NCBI GenBank assembly: GCA_963727625.1
Contig: CAVSHR010000009.1
Coordinates: 192,001-256,000 of the forward strand
Length of the DNA stretch: 64,000 nucleotides
Source of the DNA: an uncultured delta proteobacterium
Lineage (GTDB): Bacteria > Desulfobacterota > Binatia > UBA9968
Direction of reading: 5' to 3'
Part shown: one piece after another, positions 20,199 to 30,885 of the stretch
Position numbering within the stretch: the stretch's first letter is position 1
Layout: each line of letters begins with the position of its first letter
Position numbers and translations under genes: made by a program
Notes under the pieces: generated by a model
Told to the model about the DNA's origin: nothing
Databases searched by the model: none
The model's input: the letters and a program-made list of their open reading frames with translations, nothing else

Positions 20199-20884
20199 TT
20201 AGTTTTTTGAAGATTCTCCAGCGATCGCCAGAGATACCAGGACGCTATCGAGCGATAGGGCCGCCAGCTCTCGGCGACACGCGGCAGCAGTGTCGTGGAT
20301 TTTCGATTCTTGCCGTAGAGCAGCCGCGCGGCGCGCTGCAGACCGGCGTCGCCAAGAGCCAACACGTCCAGCCGCTTTAAGCCGAACAGTAAAAACATCT
20401 CGGCCGTCCAACGGCCGATGCCGGGGACGATGACAAGTTTTTCGATCACTGCTTCGTCGTCAAGGGCCGTGATGGCGGAAAATTCCAGCCGGCCGTCGCT
20501 CACATGCAATGCCAATTCGCGGATGTAGCGCGCCTTCGCCTTCGACAGTCCGGCGCCGCGTAACTGCTCATCGGCCAGGGTAAGAACTTTGGCGGCTTGA
20601 CACGGCATGCCGACCAGCGCGCCGACTCGCTGTTTGATCGTCGCGGCGGCCTTGACGGACAGTTGCTGGCTGATGATCGAATTCGCCAGCATGTGAAACG
20701 GCTCGAACTCGCGCTCGGCGAGCGGGCATTGGCCGTGAATGGCGATCAGCCGTTTCATGATTGGATCGCGCCGAGCCAAGTGACGCTCGGCTTTACGAAT
20801 CACTTTCACAACTTCGGCTCGAGCTTGTTCGGAATTAGATTGGTGGGCGATCGCGGTGGCGAGCATCACAGTCGGCTTCGCCAC
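20195..20884 (-). CDS. alkA: DNA-3-methyladenine glycosylase II (HhH-GPD)
   Basis: SIISQQLSVKAA, VPGIGRWTAEMFL, D.GLQR, WRPYRS.ASWYLW. Confidence 0.88.
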   Translation of the reverse strand: MAKPTVMLATAIAHQSNSEQARAEVVKVIRKAERHLARRDPIMKRLIAIHGQCPLAEREFEPFHMLANSIISQQLSVKAAATIKQRVGALVGMPCQAAKVLTLADEQLRGAGLSKAKARYIRELALHVSDGRLEFSAITALDDEAVIEKLVIVPGIGRWTAEMFLLFGLKRLDVLALGDAGLQRAARLLYGKNRKSTTLLPRVAESWRPYRSIASWYLWRSLENLQKTK

Positions 20885-23292
20885 TATTTGAGCACCTGGC
20901 GCTCGACGAGATCCTGGATCTCCGCGCTCGACATGCCGAGAATTTCGCCGAGCACGGTTTCATTGTCTTCGCCTGCGACATGGGTAAAGCTGCGCGGCGC
21001 AAAGGTTTGCCCCGCCAGGCGCACCGAGGGGCCGGCGCGGGTCACCCAACCGATCTGCGGATGAAAGACTTCGCGGGCAAAGCCCCGCTCGCGCAAATGC
21101 GGGTCGCGATAGAGATCCTCGGCGGTTTGCACCGCGCCGGCGGCGATCCCCTGGCGCTGCAACATCATCATCAGCTGATGCGGCGTATATTGGGCGGTCC
21201 ACTTACCGATCCAATAATCCAACTCCTCGCGATAGGCCACCCGGGAGGCCGGTTCGGCAAATCGGTGGTCCGACAACCACTCGCGATGGCCGGCAAACTC
21301 GCAGAAACGAATCCACTCCTCTTGGGTTTCGATCACAATCGCACACCAGCGATCGTCTCCCTTGCAACGGTAACAGCCATGCGGTGCGGCGGTGGCGCTG
21401 AAGTTTCCTTGGGGCTGAGGCTCACGGCCATTGACCAAATACTCTAATAACGCCGGTCCGATCATCGACGCAGCGGTTTCCGCCTGGGAGATATCGATAT
21501 ACTGACCATTGCCAGTGCGCTGGCGGTAGTGCAGCGCGGCAAGAATCGCCAGCGTGCCGTAGGACGGCGCGATGTAATCAGGAAATGCCGTCTGGCAACC
21601 GGCGCCCGGACGCTCGATTCCCGGATCGCGCCACAGGTAGGCCATGCCGGAATAAGACATGAGAATCGGCCCAAAGCTCACATAGTCGCGCCGCGGCCCG
21701 GTCTGGCCGAATGCTTGGAGGCTCGCCATGATGATCTCGGGCCGGATCTCCTTCACCCGCGCATAATCGAGGCCCCAGCTTGCCATTACCCGCGCGCTAA
21801 AATTCTCGACGACCACGTCGGACTTGGCGATGAGCCGTTTTGCCAGCGCGACTCCTTCCGGGTGTTTCATATCGATGACGATCCGGCGCCGTCCGCGATT
21901 GCTCTCGAGATCAGAGGCGATTTGGAACTTCTGGCCGCGCTGCGGACTGCGCGCGACGCGGCTGGCTTCGATCGAAATAACCTCGGCCCCATGCTCGGCC
22001 AGTAGCGCCCCGAGCGCGGGGCCGACGACGCCGGTGGGAAAACTGATGACGCGGACGCCTTCGAAAAGATTGTTTCCTGCCGCCGGTGCCGCGTTAACGC
22101 CGCGGCTTTCGTTAAGCCAGGCCGATGGTTGGGCCAGCTCCCGCCCGATTTGCACCTGGTGCTCGCCGAGCAGTGGCGCGCCCCGCTCGATGCGCCAAGG
22201 ACTCTCGGAGAACCGATAAGGATCGCCTGGAAAGCTATGGCGGCCGAGACGCGGGTGGTCCACTGTGGCGAGGTAGTTTCGGTGTTGCGTCTGTTCGTCG
22301 GCGAGAAATGCGCTCGGCGGGTTGATTGGTGCGGCCGCCAGTCGCAGTGACTGAAACTCCTCGAAGAATTTTTTGACTTCGTAATTGAGCGTTCGCGCTT
22401 CCACGAGCCGGTCGATTTGCTCGCGCAGCGGAAACCGGTTCTGGACGTTTTCCAGCTTGGGATCGAGCAGTTCCGACGGCCGGCCCAGCCATTCGACAAA
22501 GCGGCGCCAGTGATCCGGCTGGTTGACAAAGATACGCGCATAGCCGTCGCGGCATTGGTAGGTTTCCGCAACCGTGGTTGACTGACTGTGGCCGGTGCGC
22601 GCAGGGATTTCACCGGTGGTGCTGTAACGCGTCATGATGCGCAGAAACGGGTCGGCGGCCAGGACATCTTGCAGCGACACCTCGACATGCTCGCCTCGCC
22701 CGGTGACGCGACGGTTGTACAGCGCCACTAGAGTACCGAAGGCGGCGTGCACCGAGCCCAAATGGTACGCGACGTCGCATGGTCCCATAAGCGGCGCCCG
22801 GCTCGGATGGCCGCAAAGATTCATCAAACCGCCCATCGCGAAAGCCACGATGTTAAGGGCTTTGAAATCGCGATAGGGCCCTGATTGCCCGAAGCCGTTG
22901 ATCGAGGTTAAGACCAGTGTTGGATTGACGGACTGAAGAGTCAGATAGCCAAGGCCGTGACGGTCAAGGTAGCCGGCCGGTTTGTCCTCAATGAGCACAT
23001 CCGCTTCATGGACAAGATTGCGCAGGTGCCGGCGGTCCCCATCGTCTTCCAAGTTTAAGACGGTGCCCCGTTTGTTCGTGTGAAAAGACGCGAAAGAAAG
23101 ACTTTGCTCGGGATCGGCCTGGTCGTTTTTAAACGGCCCTTCCGCCCGCATGGGATCGCCGCCGGGCGGTTCGATCAGAATCACTTCGGCGCCGAGGTTG
23201 GCGAGCAACAGGCCGCAGTATCCGCCCATCCGTCCCGTATAATCCAGGACGCGCAGACCGCTCAGCGCCCCCTTGGCGGCTTCAGTAGACAT
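20884..23292 (-). CDS. Fused two-domain family III CoA transferase (BbsE/BbsF-like)
   Basis: Two CaiB repeats in 802 aa; catalytic Asp seen only in the C-terminal half (FPDY). Confidence 0.88.
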   Translation of the reverse strand: MSTEAAKGALSGLRVLDYTGRMGGYCGLLLANLGAEVILIEPPGGDPMRAEGPFKNDQADPEQSLSFASFHTNKRGTVLNLEDDGDRRHLRNLVHEADVLIEDKPAGYLDRHGLGYLTLQSVNPTLVLTSINGFGQSGPYRDFKALNIVAFAMGGLMNLCGHPSRAPLMGPCDVAYHLGSVHAAFGTLVALYNRRVTGRGEHVEVSLQDVLAADPFLRIMTRYSTTGEIPARTGHSQSTTVAETYQCRDGYARIFVNQPDHWRRFVEWLGRPSELLDPKLENVQNRFPLREQIDRLVEARTLNYEVKKFFEEFQSLRLAAAPINPPSAFLADEQTQHRNYLATVDHPRLGRHSFPGDPYRFSESPWRIERGAPLLGEHQVQIGRELAQPSAWLNESRGVNAAPAAGNNLFEGVRVISFPTGVVGPALGALLAEHGAEVISIEASRVARSPQRGQKFQIASDLESNRGRRRIVIDMKHPEGVALAKRLIAKSDVVVENFSARVMASWGLDYARVKEIRPEIIMASLQAFGQTGPRRDYVSFGPILMSYSGMAYLWRDPGIERPGAGCQTAFPDYIAPSYGTLAILAALHYRQRTGNGQYIDISQAETAASMIGPALLEYLVNGREPQPQGNFSATAAPHGCYRCKGDDRWCAIVIETQEEWIRFCEFAGHREWLSDHRFAEPASRVAYREELDYWIGKWTAQYTPHQLMMMLQRQGIAAGAVQTAEDLYRDPHLRERGFAREVFHPQIGWVTRAGPSVRLAGQTFAPRSFTHVAGEDNETVLGEILGMSSAEIQDLVERQVLK

Positions 23293-23641
23293 CGTAGAGC
23301 TCCATCGTTGGTTAACCGAAGGTGGTGTTTCGAGTATATTTGCACAAGGCTATCGGAGACAAGAGGCGCCGGCTTGTCGTCAATCGACAATACCTGCACG
23401 TCGTCAGACAACCTTGGCCGACTTAGAATTTACCAAAACACAGCTTCTACGGCGGCGATTGGATTCAGGCGCCGTAGATTTGACACAATTCATTCCGCTG
23501 GAGAAAAGCACGATCAGGCGTAAGGCTGCCGACGGATGGATTCGCGTAAAAATTAGGCGCTCACAAATTTCGCTGAACCGTTGCCGCACGCGACGAGGAT
23601 GTTGTCGTGCGGTTGGGCGCGCGAGTTTTAGCCGGTAGCAA

Positions 23642-25156
23642 CTAAGGCTGAACGGCGGGGATCGGCGTGCCGTTGGTGTCAAAAATTTCCACTTTGCCGT
23701 AATGATCGAGAATGCTTTTGATCTTGCTCGCATCACCGACGACGACTAGTTGCAACGCGCCTGGGTCTAAATATTTGCGCGCCACCCGTTGCACGTCATC
23801 TGCCGTAACGGCCATGATCTTGGCGGCATAGGTATCCCAATAGTCGGCGGCGAAACTATACTCTTTGATGATGATCGCAAAGCCAAGCACCCGCGTCGGC
23901 TGTTCGAGCGAGAGCGCAAAGCTCGCCGCGATGGCGCGCTTGCTCGCTTCGAGTTCCACCGCCGTGACTTTTTCGTCGCGCATGCGGCGGATCTCGTTAA
24001 AAAATTCAACCAGCGCGCCTTCAGTAACCTCAGTGCGCATGTTACCGGCGGCGCGCCAGGGCCCCGGATAACGCTGCGCGCTGAAATCGCTGTAGACACC
24101 GTAAGTATAGCCTTTTCCCTCGCGCAGATTGAGAAATAATCGAGAAGAAACGCCGCCGCCGATCACGTAATTCATCACCACCATCGCCATATAATCGCGG
24201 CTACGCCGATCGATGGCAATGTTGCCCAGTGCCACCGCAGTTTGGACTGAGTTGGGCCGATTGACCAGCAGTACTCGGCGCGCTCTTGCCGGCGCGGGGT
24301 CGCGCGGCCAGACCTGTTTCGGACCGCTCTTTTTCCAAACCGCCAGCCGTTTTTCCAATTTTCCGATTAACTCTTTCGCGTGCACGTCCCCGGCAATACC
24401 CAGGATCGCATTCTGTGGCGCGTAACGATTGCGGTGCCAGCGTTCCAGTGTTTCCCGGTTAAACCGGTCGATCGAGGCTAAACTCGGCGCCACGTTGGCT
24501 GCCGGATGGTCGCCGTAGACCGCGCGGTTAAAGCGCTCCCTAATGAGAAACCCCGACGAAGACCGCTGTTGGCGCAGCTGTGCTCGCTGACGCTGCTTGA
24601 GCTTTTCAAGCTCGTCGGCGGGAAAACTCGGATGGAGCAGGATATCGACAACGATGTCGAGCCATGCATCGAAGTTGTCGCTCAAACCCGACGCACTCAA
24701 CACCGTGTCCGGCGCGCCAAACGAAGAACCGGCGCCGATCGCCGCACCAAGCCGGTCGATCGCTTCAGCGATCTGCACGCTCGTGCGCGTTTTCGTACCC
24801 TCGCGAAGCATGAGCGCGGTCGTGTTGGCCAATCCGGTCGCATCGGCCGGCTCGAATAACGCGCCGGCACCTCCGATATGCAACTGCAAGTTGACATAGG
24901 GCGCCCGGCGGTCTTCGAGAATTAAAACGGTCAATCCGTTTTTAAGCTTCGTTTCGATCGGCCGCGGCAATTTCGCCCGCAAGATTTCGTGCGACACCGG
25001 CGCCTGATTTTTGCGCTCGACCTTGCTGGGAGACGGAGCAACCGGCTCCTGGCTCTGCAGCAGCGGCGCCGCCGTCAAGAACAAAAGTGCCACGAGCGCG
25101 AGGCTGAATTTAATATTCAACCCGAACCGCGCGAGAGTTTTCCTAAAGGTCTTCAT
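23642..25156 (-). CDS. M16 family peptidase, non-catalytic subunit
   Basis: LKNGLTV; no HxxEH; LREGKGYTY (R/Y pair). Confidence 0.85.
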   Translation of the reverse strand: MKTFRKTLARFGLNIKFSLALVALLFLTAAPLLQSQEPVAPSPSKVERKNQAPVSHEILRAKLPRPIETKLKNGLTVLILEDRRAPYVNLQLHIGGAGALFEPADATGLANTTALMLREGTKTRTSVQIAEAIDRLGAAIGAGSSFGAPDTVLSASGLSDNFDAWLDIVVDILLHPSFPADELEKLKQRQRAQLRQQRSSSGFLIRERFNRAVYGDHPAANVAPSLASIDRFNRETLERWHRNRYAPQNAILGIAGDVHAKELIGKLEKRLAVWKKSGPKQVWPRDPAPARARRVLLVNRPNSVQTAVALGNIAIDRRSRDYMAMVVMNYVIGGGVSSRLFLNLREGKGYTYGVYSDFSAQRYPGPWRAAGNMRTEVTEGALVEFFNEIRRMRDEKVTAVELEASKRAIAASFALSLEQPTRVLGFAIIIKEYSFAADYWDTYAAKIMAVTADDVQRVARKYLDPGALQLVVVGDASKIKSILDHYGKVEIFDTNGTPIPAVQP

Positions 25157-25162
25157 TGACGT

Positions 25163-26605
25163 TTAGCGTTCGCCGGGCGATTTCGGCATGGTGATCACGA
25201 CCGTGCGCCGGTTGGGCTTGAAGTACTGACGCGCCACTCGTTGCAGGTCCGCGACCGTGACGCGTTCGTATTTAGACCAGATTGTATTGATCAAATGCGG
25301 ATCGTTGTAATAAATCGCAAAATGACCCAGCGCATTGGCGCGCGAGCGGGAGCTATAGAGCCGCTGCGCCCGCTGGCGCCGCAGCTGCATCTGGACTTTT
25401 TTGAGCTCCCAATCCGCCACCGGCTGATTTTGCAACCGTGCGATCTCGTCGCCCAAAAGATTTTCAAGCTCGCCAAGCTCGGCGCCCGGCCGGGCCATGA
25501 TGCTAAACCAGAATAGTGAAGGCCCGCGCTGTTCATTGGTGTCGGCGTCGACCCTCAGCGCCAGCTCCTTTTCTTTGACAAACTTCTGATAGAGCCGCGA
25601 CGACACTCCGTTCGACAGCACGCTGCCGAGCATGTCGAGCGCATACCAATCGGGCGTATTGCCCGGGGGGATTTTGTAGACGATGTCCAACCGCGCTGTC
25701 CGGGCGAAGACGTCCTCGACGACCTTGCGCCGCTCGGCGGTTTGCTCGGGTTCGGTCGTCTCCGGCAGGGCCGGCGGCGATTGCGCCGGAATCTTTTCGA
25801 AATATTTTTTGATCAAACCGAGCGCGACCTCGGTATTAAAATCGCCGACGAGAGATAATGCCGCGTTGTTAGGCGCATAATAGGTGCGAAAAAATTCCTC
25901 CGCCTCCTCGACCGTCGCGGCGTTCAGGTCTTGCATCGAACCAATGGTGGAGTGTTTGTAGGAAAATTGATCGTAGGCCAAATCGATGACCGCCTCGTAG
26001 GTCTTGCCGTAGGGGCGGTTGTCGGTTCTTTGCCGGCGCTCCTCCTGCACGGTCAGGCGTTGGTTGTCGAAGTTCGCCTGGGTGATATTCGGCGCACGCA
26101 TCCGGTCAGCCTCGAGAAAAATCCCGAGCTCCAGCTGGTTCGCCGGCAGGGTCTCGAAATAATTGGTGCGGTCTGCGTTGGTCGTGCCGTTGGCGCTGCC
26201 GCCGTTGTTTTGCACCAGAATGAAATGCTCGCCCTTGCCGACATTCTCCGAACCTTGAAACAGCAGATGCTCGAAGAGATGGGCGAAGCCGGTGCGGCCG
26301 GGCTTTTCGTCGCGCGAGCCGACGTTGTAGGTGACACAGATCGAATAAGTCGGCGCGCGGTGGTCTTCGGCGAGCAAAACTCGCAAACCGTTTTTAAGCT
26401 TGAATTCCTTGAAAGCCAGATCGTAAGAGTTTGACCGCTGCGCCGTTTTTGCCGCCGGACGGACCTTGGTCGGATGAAGTCGCCGTTTGGCGTTTTTCGA
26501 TTGGGCCGCGTCACCGGCAAAAGGCAGGGCGATAAGCCCCGCGACCAGCCACGTCGCAGACAAGTTCACACACCATTGGGCCCAAGAAATTACCCGAGAA
26601 AACAA
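25163..26605 (-). CDS. M16 family zinc peptidase, catalytic subunit
   Basis: GFAHLFEH, NGTT..DRTNYFE, V.EERR, YAPNNA. Confidence 0.92.
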   Translation of the reverse strand: MFSRVISWAQWCVNLSATWLVAGLIALPFAGDAAQSKNAKRRLHPTKVRPAAKTAQRSNSYDLAFKEFKLKNGLRVLLAEDHRAPTYSICVTYNVGSRDEKPGRTGFAHLFEHLLFQGSENVGKGEHFILVQNNGGSANGTTNADRTNYFETLPANQLELGIFLEADRMRAPNITQANFDNQRLTVQEERRQRTDNRPYGKTYEAVIDLAYDQFSYKHSTIGSMQDLNAATVEEAEEFFRTYYAPNNAALSLVGDFNTEVALGLIKKYFEKIPAQSPPALPETTEPEQTAERRKVVEDVFARTARLDIVYKIPPGNTPDWYALDMLGSVLSNGVSSRLYQKFVKEKELALRVDADTNEQRGPSLFWFSIMARPGAELGELENLLGDEIARLQNQPVADWELKKVQMQLRRQRAQRLYSSRSRANALGHFAIYYNDPHLINTIWSKYERVTVADLQRVARQYFKPNRRTVVITMPKSPGER

Positions 26606-26778
26606 TTCATCGCTCCCGCAGAACCAGGCTTCCTTCCAATCTCATCCCTTGTACCATCATTCAGCGCGACAAGGAAATTAGCACCGCTCGCCGACAACCG
26701 GGAAACCGTTGACAGCCCGGCGTCAACGGCATATGGGAAGGTTCGAGGCTGGTCAAATTTCAAAAACGGAGGTCAACA

Positions 26779-27516
26779 ATGAAAAATTCCTGGGCAACGG
26801 TGCCCGTCGATCAAAGCCCCATGCGTTTATACTTAAGCGAACCGGATGGCAGCGGTCCGTTTCCGGCCATCGTGGTGATCCAGAATCAGGATGGAGTCAC
26901 CGAGTTCACTCAAGAAATGACCCGCAGAGTCGCCGAGGCCGGTTACGTCGCCATCGCCCCGGAGCTCTATCATCGCGAAGGCGAGCCTAAATCTCCCGAA
27001 CAGGTCGCCAACCTAAAACACATGCGCCGGGACGCCAATGTTCTCAACGACATCAACGCCACGATCACTTTTTTGCGCGGCTGCGCCAACGTCAACACTG
27101 CAAAGCTGGGCATCGTCGGCTTCTGCATGGGCGGGCGCGTGGCGTTTTTAATGGCGGCAGCGGGCCCTGCGTTCAGCGCCGCAGTGGATTTTTACGGCGG
27201 TGGCGTCTATTCGCAATGGGGCGACCGCCCGGCGCCGTCGGAGCTTGTGGCCAATGTTTCCTGCCCGCTACAGGGCCACTTCGGTGAGCTCGATAAGAAT
27301 CCGCCGCCCGATGAGATGCGCAAGCTCGACGCCGAGTTGACTCGATTGGCCAAGGAACATGAGTTCTTTTTCTACGACGACTGCCCGCACGGCTTTAACA
27401 AAAAAGGCTGGAAAGGCTATCGGCCCGAGGCTGACGCCATATCTTGGGCACGGAGTCTGGAATTTTTCTCCAAACACCTGGGCGACACGGTTGCCAAAAA
27501 ATCTGCCGCCGGCTAA
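26779..27516 (+). CDS. Dienelactone hydrolase family protein
   Basis: GIVGFCMGG nucleophile; FYG; PHGF. Confidence 0.9.
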   Translation: MKNSWATVPVDQSPMRLYLSEPDGSGPFPAIVVIQNQDGVTEFTQEMTRRVAEAGYVAIAPELYHREGEPKSPEQVANLKHMRRDANVLNDINATITFLRGCANVNTAKLGIVGFCMGGRVAFLMAAAGPAFSAAVDFYGGGVYSQWGDRPAPSELVANVSCPLQGHFGELDKNPPPDEMRKLDAELTRLAKEHEFFFYDDCPHGFNKKGWKGYRPEADAISWARSLEFFSKHLGDTVAKKSAAG

Positions 27517-27531
27517 ACGAAGCAAAAGGCC

Positions 27532-27843
27532 ATGGTAATAAAAGCGTTCCTGCGCGCGAGGGGCGCGCTATTCATAGCGTCTGCGGCTCTGGTCGCCGAA
27601 TCCAAGGTGCTCAACATCGGTTGAAGCGAGGGATCGAGTTGGACGGCGCTGCCGGACCGCATCGCTACCGAGCGCGGTTTCTTCGAGAAAGAAGGCCTCA
27701 AGGTTTGCTACATCCAGTTTCAGGGCACCAACCTGATGCTCAGCGTGCTGATGGCCAACGAACTCGACTATGTCACGATCCTGCCCTTCATCGCCGGCGC
27801 CGGCAGTCCCGACGCGCGCTTCGTCGAGCGTGCCCAGAAGTGA
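27532..27843 (+). pseudogene. Relic of an NMT1/SsuA-like ABC substrate-binding protein
   Basis: VLNIG*SEG..RGFFEKEGLKV..ELDY joined to a C-terminal DARFVERAQK; in-frame TGA 27622-27624 and a large internal deletion. Confidence 0.65.
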
Positions 27844-27930
27844 CCTAGCTTAAATCCATTCCGCAGCGAACCGCCGAAAATAAAGCGACCGCACGGAGAG
27901 TTGCTGCACAGCGCAGCTGATACCGCCGCT

Positions 27931-29619
27931 TTAATTCTCGCGCGCATGCGGTTTCAAGATCTTTCCCGGCAGTGCTCCCGTGGCCCCGCCGTTTTCAATG
28001 ACCACTTCGCCATTGACGATCGTGTACGGAACTCCTACGGCGTTTTGAATCATGCGTGTTTCATTGCCGGGCAGATCCTGAACGTACTCGGGCTCCAGCG
28101 TATTGACGGTCGCGGCGTCGAAGACCGCAATATCGGCGGCGTAGCCGGGCTGTAGCAAGCCCCGGTCGCTCAGGCCGAAAATCGACGCGACGCGAAAGGT
28201 GAGCTTGTTCACAGCCTCTTCCAAACTCATGATGCCGCAGTCGCGCACCCAGCGGCCGAGGAATGCCGTGGCGTAACCGAATCGTGCATCGTAACCCATG
28301 TGCGCGCCGGCGTCGGACTGACCGATCATCACCGCCGGATGTTTGAGGATTTCGCATACCGCGTTGGGGTCTCCCTGAGTGTTCGTGTGCACGAAACGAG
28401 TTTCGAGATCCTCTTCGAGCGACAGATCCAGAAAGAAATCGAGACCGTCCTTGCCTTGAGCCGCGGCAATCTCCTGCACAGATCTCTTTTCCAAAGATTT
28501 ATTCTTGACGAGCTTCACGTGATCGACGAAGATGACGTCCCAACGCCGCGGAAACACCGACGGTGACTGATCCGCAATCGCCTCGGCGTAGAGTTTCTTC
28601 CTGACTTCGGGATCGGCGAACATCTGCTTGCGCGCCGGCACCGGACCGAACATCGCTGCCTTCCAGGTGGGAAATTCATCGAAGCACTGAGCGTCGAGCA
28701 GCGTGTAGCGGTTTTGAAACGGTTTGGCCTGGGTCATGGCATAAATCGGCAACCCTTCGTCTTTAATCACCTTGGCGGTGGCTTCCAGCATGCCCTTCCA
28801 TTGAACGGGCCGGCTCCAGCTATGGCTGATGCTCTGCCACAGGACCGGCCTTCCGGTGCGCCGCGCCATGTCCGCTGCGTAGGCGATACGTCCGCGTGAG
28901 TCCGCGCCGCCGCCGCTTAACTGCACCACCCCCGAATTCATTTCACCTAGGACATCGAGCAACGAGCCCAGCTCCTCGTCCGACGCGAGCCGGCTGGCGA
29001 CCGGCTTCTTGTCCTCCCGGACATGGCGGGGATTCTGATTGGTGGAAAAACCCACGGCGCCCGCCTCCATGCCCGCGCGTACCAAATCTTTCATCTTGGC
29101 GATTTCTTCCGACGTCGCCTGGCGCTCCACCGCATCTTCGCCCATGACATAGTGGCGCACGGCGATATGGCCCACCAATGCCGCGGCGTTGACGCCGAGA
29201 CGCGTACCCAAGGCGTTGAGATACTCACCGGTCGAAGTCCATTTCCACTGAATGCCTTCTTCGAGCACGCGCCGGCTGATTGCCTCGACACGCACGAAAC
29301 TTTTAATCACCGCGTCGCGATCTTCAGGCTTCGCCGGCGCTAGACTCAAACCGCAGTTGCCGACGACCACGGAGGTTACGCCGTGAAAACAAGACGAGGT
29401 GCCGAGCGGGTCCCAAAACAATTGCGCGTCGAGGTGGGTATGCGGGTCGATGAATCCCGGCGCCACAGCCAAGCCGTCGAGCTTGAGTGTGCGTTTGGCA
29501 GCGTTGTTGAGACGGCCGATTTCAACAATCTTACCGTCCTTAATACCGACGTCGCCGTGGTAACCCGCCATTCCTGAGCCGTCGTATATCCTGCCGTTTT
29601 TCAGTAACAGATCGAACAT
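27931..29619 (-). CDS. N-acyl-D-amino-acid deacylase-like amidohydrolase
   Basis: APGFIDPHTHLD, VVGNCG, SDAGAH, DRGLLQPG.AAD. Confidence 0.9.
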   Translation of the reverse strand: MFDLLLKNGRIYDGSGMAGYHGDVGIKDGKIVEIGRLNNAAKRTLKLDGLAVAPGFIDPHTHLDAQLFWDPLGTSSCFHGVTSVVVGNCGLSLAPAKPEDRDAVIKSFVRVEAISRRVLEEGIQWKWTSTGEYLNALGTRLGVNAAALVGHIAVRHYVMGEDAVERQATSEEIAKMKDLVRAGMEAGAVGFSTNQNPRHVREDKKPVASRLASDEELGSLLDVLGEMNSGVVQLSGGGADSRGRIAYAADMARRTGRPVLWQSISHSWSRPVQWKGMLEATAKVIKDEGLPIYAMTQAKPFQNRYTLLDAQCFDEFPTWKAAMFGPVPARKQMFADPEVRKKLYAEAIADQSPSVFPRRWDVIFVDHVKLVKNKSLEKRSVQEIAAAQGKDGLDFFLDLSLEEDLETRFVHTNTQGDPNAVCEILKHPAVMIGQSDAGAHMGYDARFGYATAFLGRWVRDCGIMSLEEAVNKLTFRVASIFGLSDRGLLQPGYAADIAVFDAATVNTLEPEYVQDLPGNETRMIQNAVGVPYTIVNGEVVIENGGATGALPGKILKPHAREN

Positions 29620-29775
29620 AGCGCGTTCTCCTCTAGGCAAATTTTGCTAGCTTGGAAGCGGACCATTCTCTCCGCCGATGGGTCCGACGTTAGTCGATAT
29701 GAGCGATGACCGTCAAGAGTTTTGACGAAGAAGGATTTGGAGAATATGACCGGGCTCGACCGGGATTAAAAGGTG

Positions 29776-30843
29776 TCAAACGTTCAACGTCACGCCCAGT
29801 CCCGGACCGTCGGGCACTCGTATTGCGCCTTCGACGACTTCGAATCCGTCGACCAAATCACCGTCGAGCTCTTCGAACTCGGCAATCTCGGATGGCACGA
29901 TGATACCTGGAGTGGAGCTGATGAAATGCGCTTGGGCGGCTTCGACCAAGCGCGTCGTCCCGGTGCCACCGACATGGCAGGACAAACCGAAAGATTGGCA
30001 GGCATCGACTACCGCCCGGCTTTTGCGAATGCCGCCGAGTTTGAGCAGTTTGATGCTCACCGCCTTGGCGGCCTTCGCCGCCGCAATTTTAGCGACGTCA
30101 TCCGGCGTGTTCACTGACTGATCCGCAAGCACAAGAGGCGTCACCGCTCGATTCACCTTTGCCATGTCCTCGATATCATCCGCCGGCACCGGCTGTTCGA
30201 CCATGGTCAATCCCTCCGGGGTCAGCTGATCGATCACGCGGATCGCCGTCGCGGCGTCGTAAGCGCCGTTGAAGTCCGCGGTAAATTGAATGCCCGGACC
30301 GACAGCGGCGCGGACCGCTCGGAATCGTTCCAGATCGGCTGCTGCCCCCGCACCGAGTTTAACCTTCAGGAAGCGATAACCCCGCTTGACCAACTGTGCG
30401 GCCCGCTCGGCCATAAAACCGGTCGAGCCCATGCCGAGCATTTTTAGCACCGGGATGGTTTCATGCGTGCGGCCGCCGAGAAAAGTCGATAGAGATCGAT
30501 TCTCTGTCTTGGCGGCGAGATCGAGCAAGGCCATTTCCACCGCTACCAAGTGGCGTGCATAATTAGGCAATTGCCGCCCCAACTCTGTCATGAGGGAATC
30601 GATTTCGAGCGCATCCCGGTCAACAAGCGATTTCTCGGTCACCCGTTTAAGCGCAGCGATGCCGGGCTCAAAAGTCGCGTCATCCCTAGGCATCACCGAA
30701 GCGGCGCCGATACCGGTCATGCCGTTGTCGGCACCTAACTTGATGTACAGCACCCGCACCGCATCCGCGCTATAGCTCGCCGTCTGCCAGCGATACTTGC
30801 GCCGCAAACAATGCGGGTAAAAGCTAATGTCGACGATCTTCAT
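29776..30843 (-). CDS. Mandelate racemase/muconate lactonizing enzyme family (enolase superfamily)
   Basis: KVK motif, ADFN, VEQP, LADQS, IKLLKLGG, PDGPGLGV. Confidence 0.88.
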   Translation of the reverse strand: MKIVDISFYPHCLRRKYRWQTASYSADAVRVLYIKLGADNGMTGIGAASVMPRDDATFEPGIAALKRVTEKSLVDRDALEIDSLMTELGRQLPNYARHLVAVEMALLDLAAKTENRSLSTFLGGRTHETIPVLKMLGMGSTGFMAERAAQLVKRGYRFLKVKLGAGAAADLERFRAVRAAVGPGIQFTADFNGAYDAATAIRVIDQLTPEGLTMVEQPVPADDIEDMAKVNRAVTPLVLADQSVNTPDDVAKIAAAKAAKAVSIKLLKLGGIRKSRAVVDACQSFGLSCHVGGTGTTRLVEAAQAHFISSTPGIIVPSEIAEFEELDGDLVDGFEVVEGAIRVPDGPGLGVTLNV

Positions 30844-30885
30844 CGGCGTGGTCCCGCTACTGGTACATGTTGGCCCGGCTCGAAC

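Noticed and set aside
27622-27624. In-frame TGA in the binding-protein relic as Sec or as UGA=Trp recoding
   Set aside because: Not a redox Cys position and the gene is also internally deleted. Many intact genes here end in TGA and use TGG for Trp, so the standard code applies.
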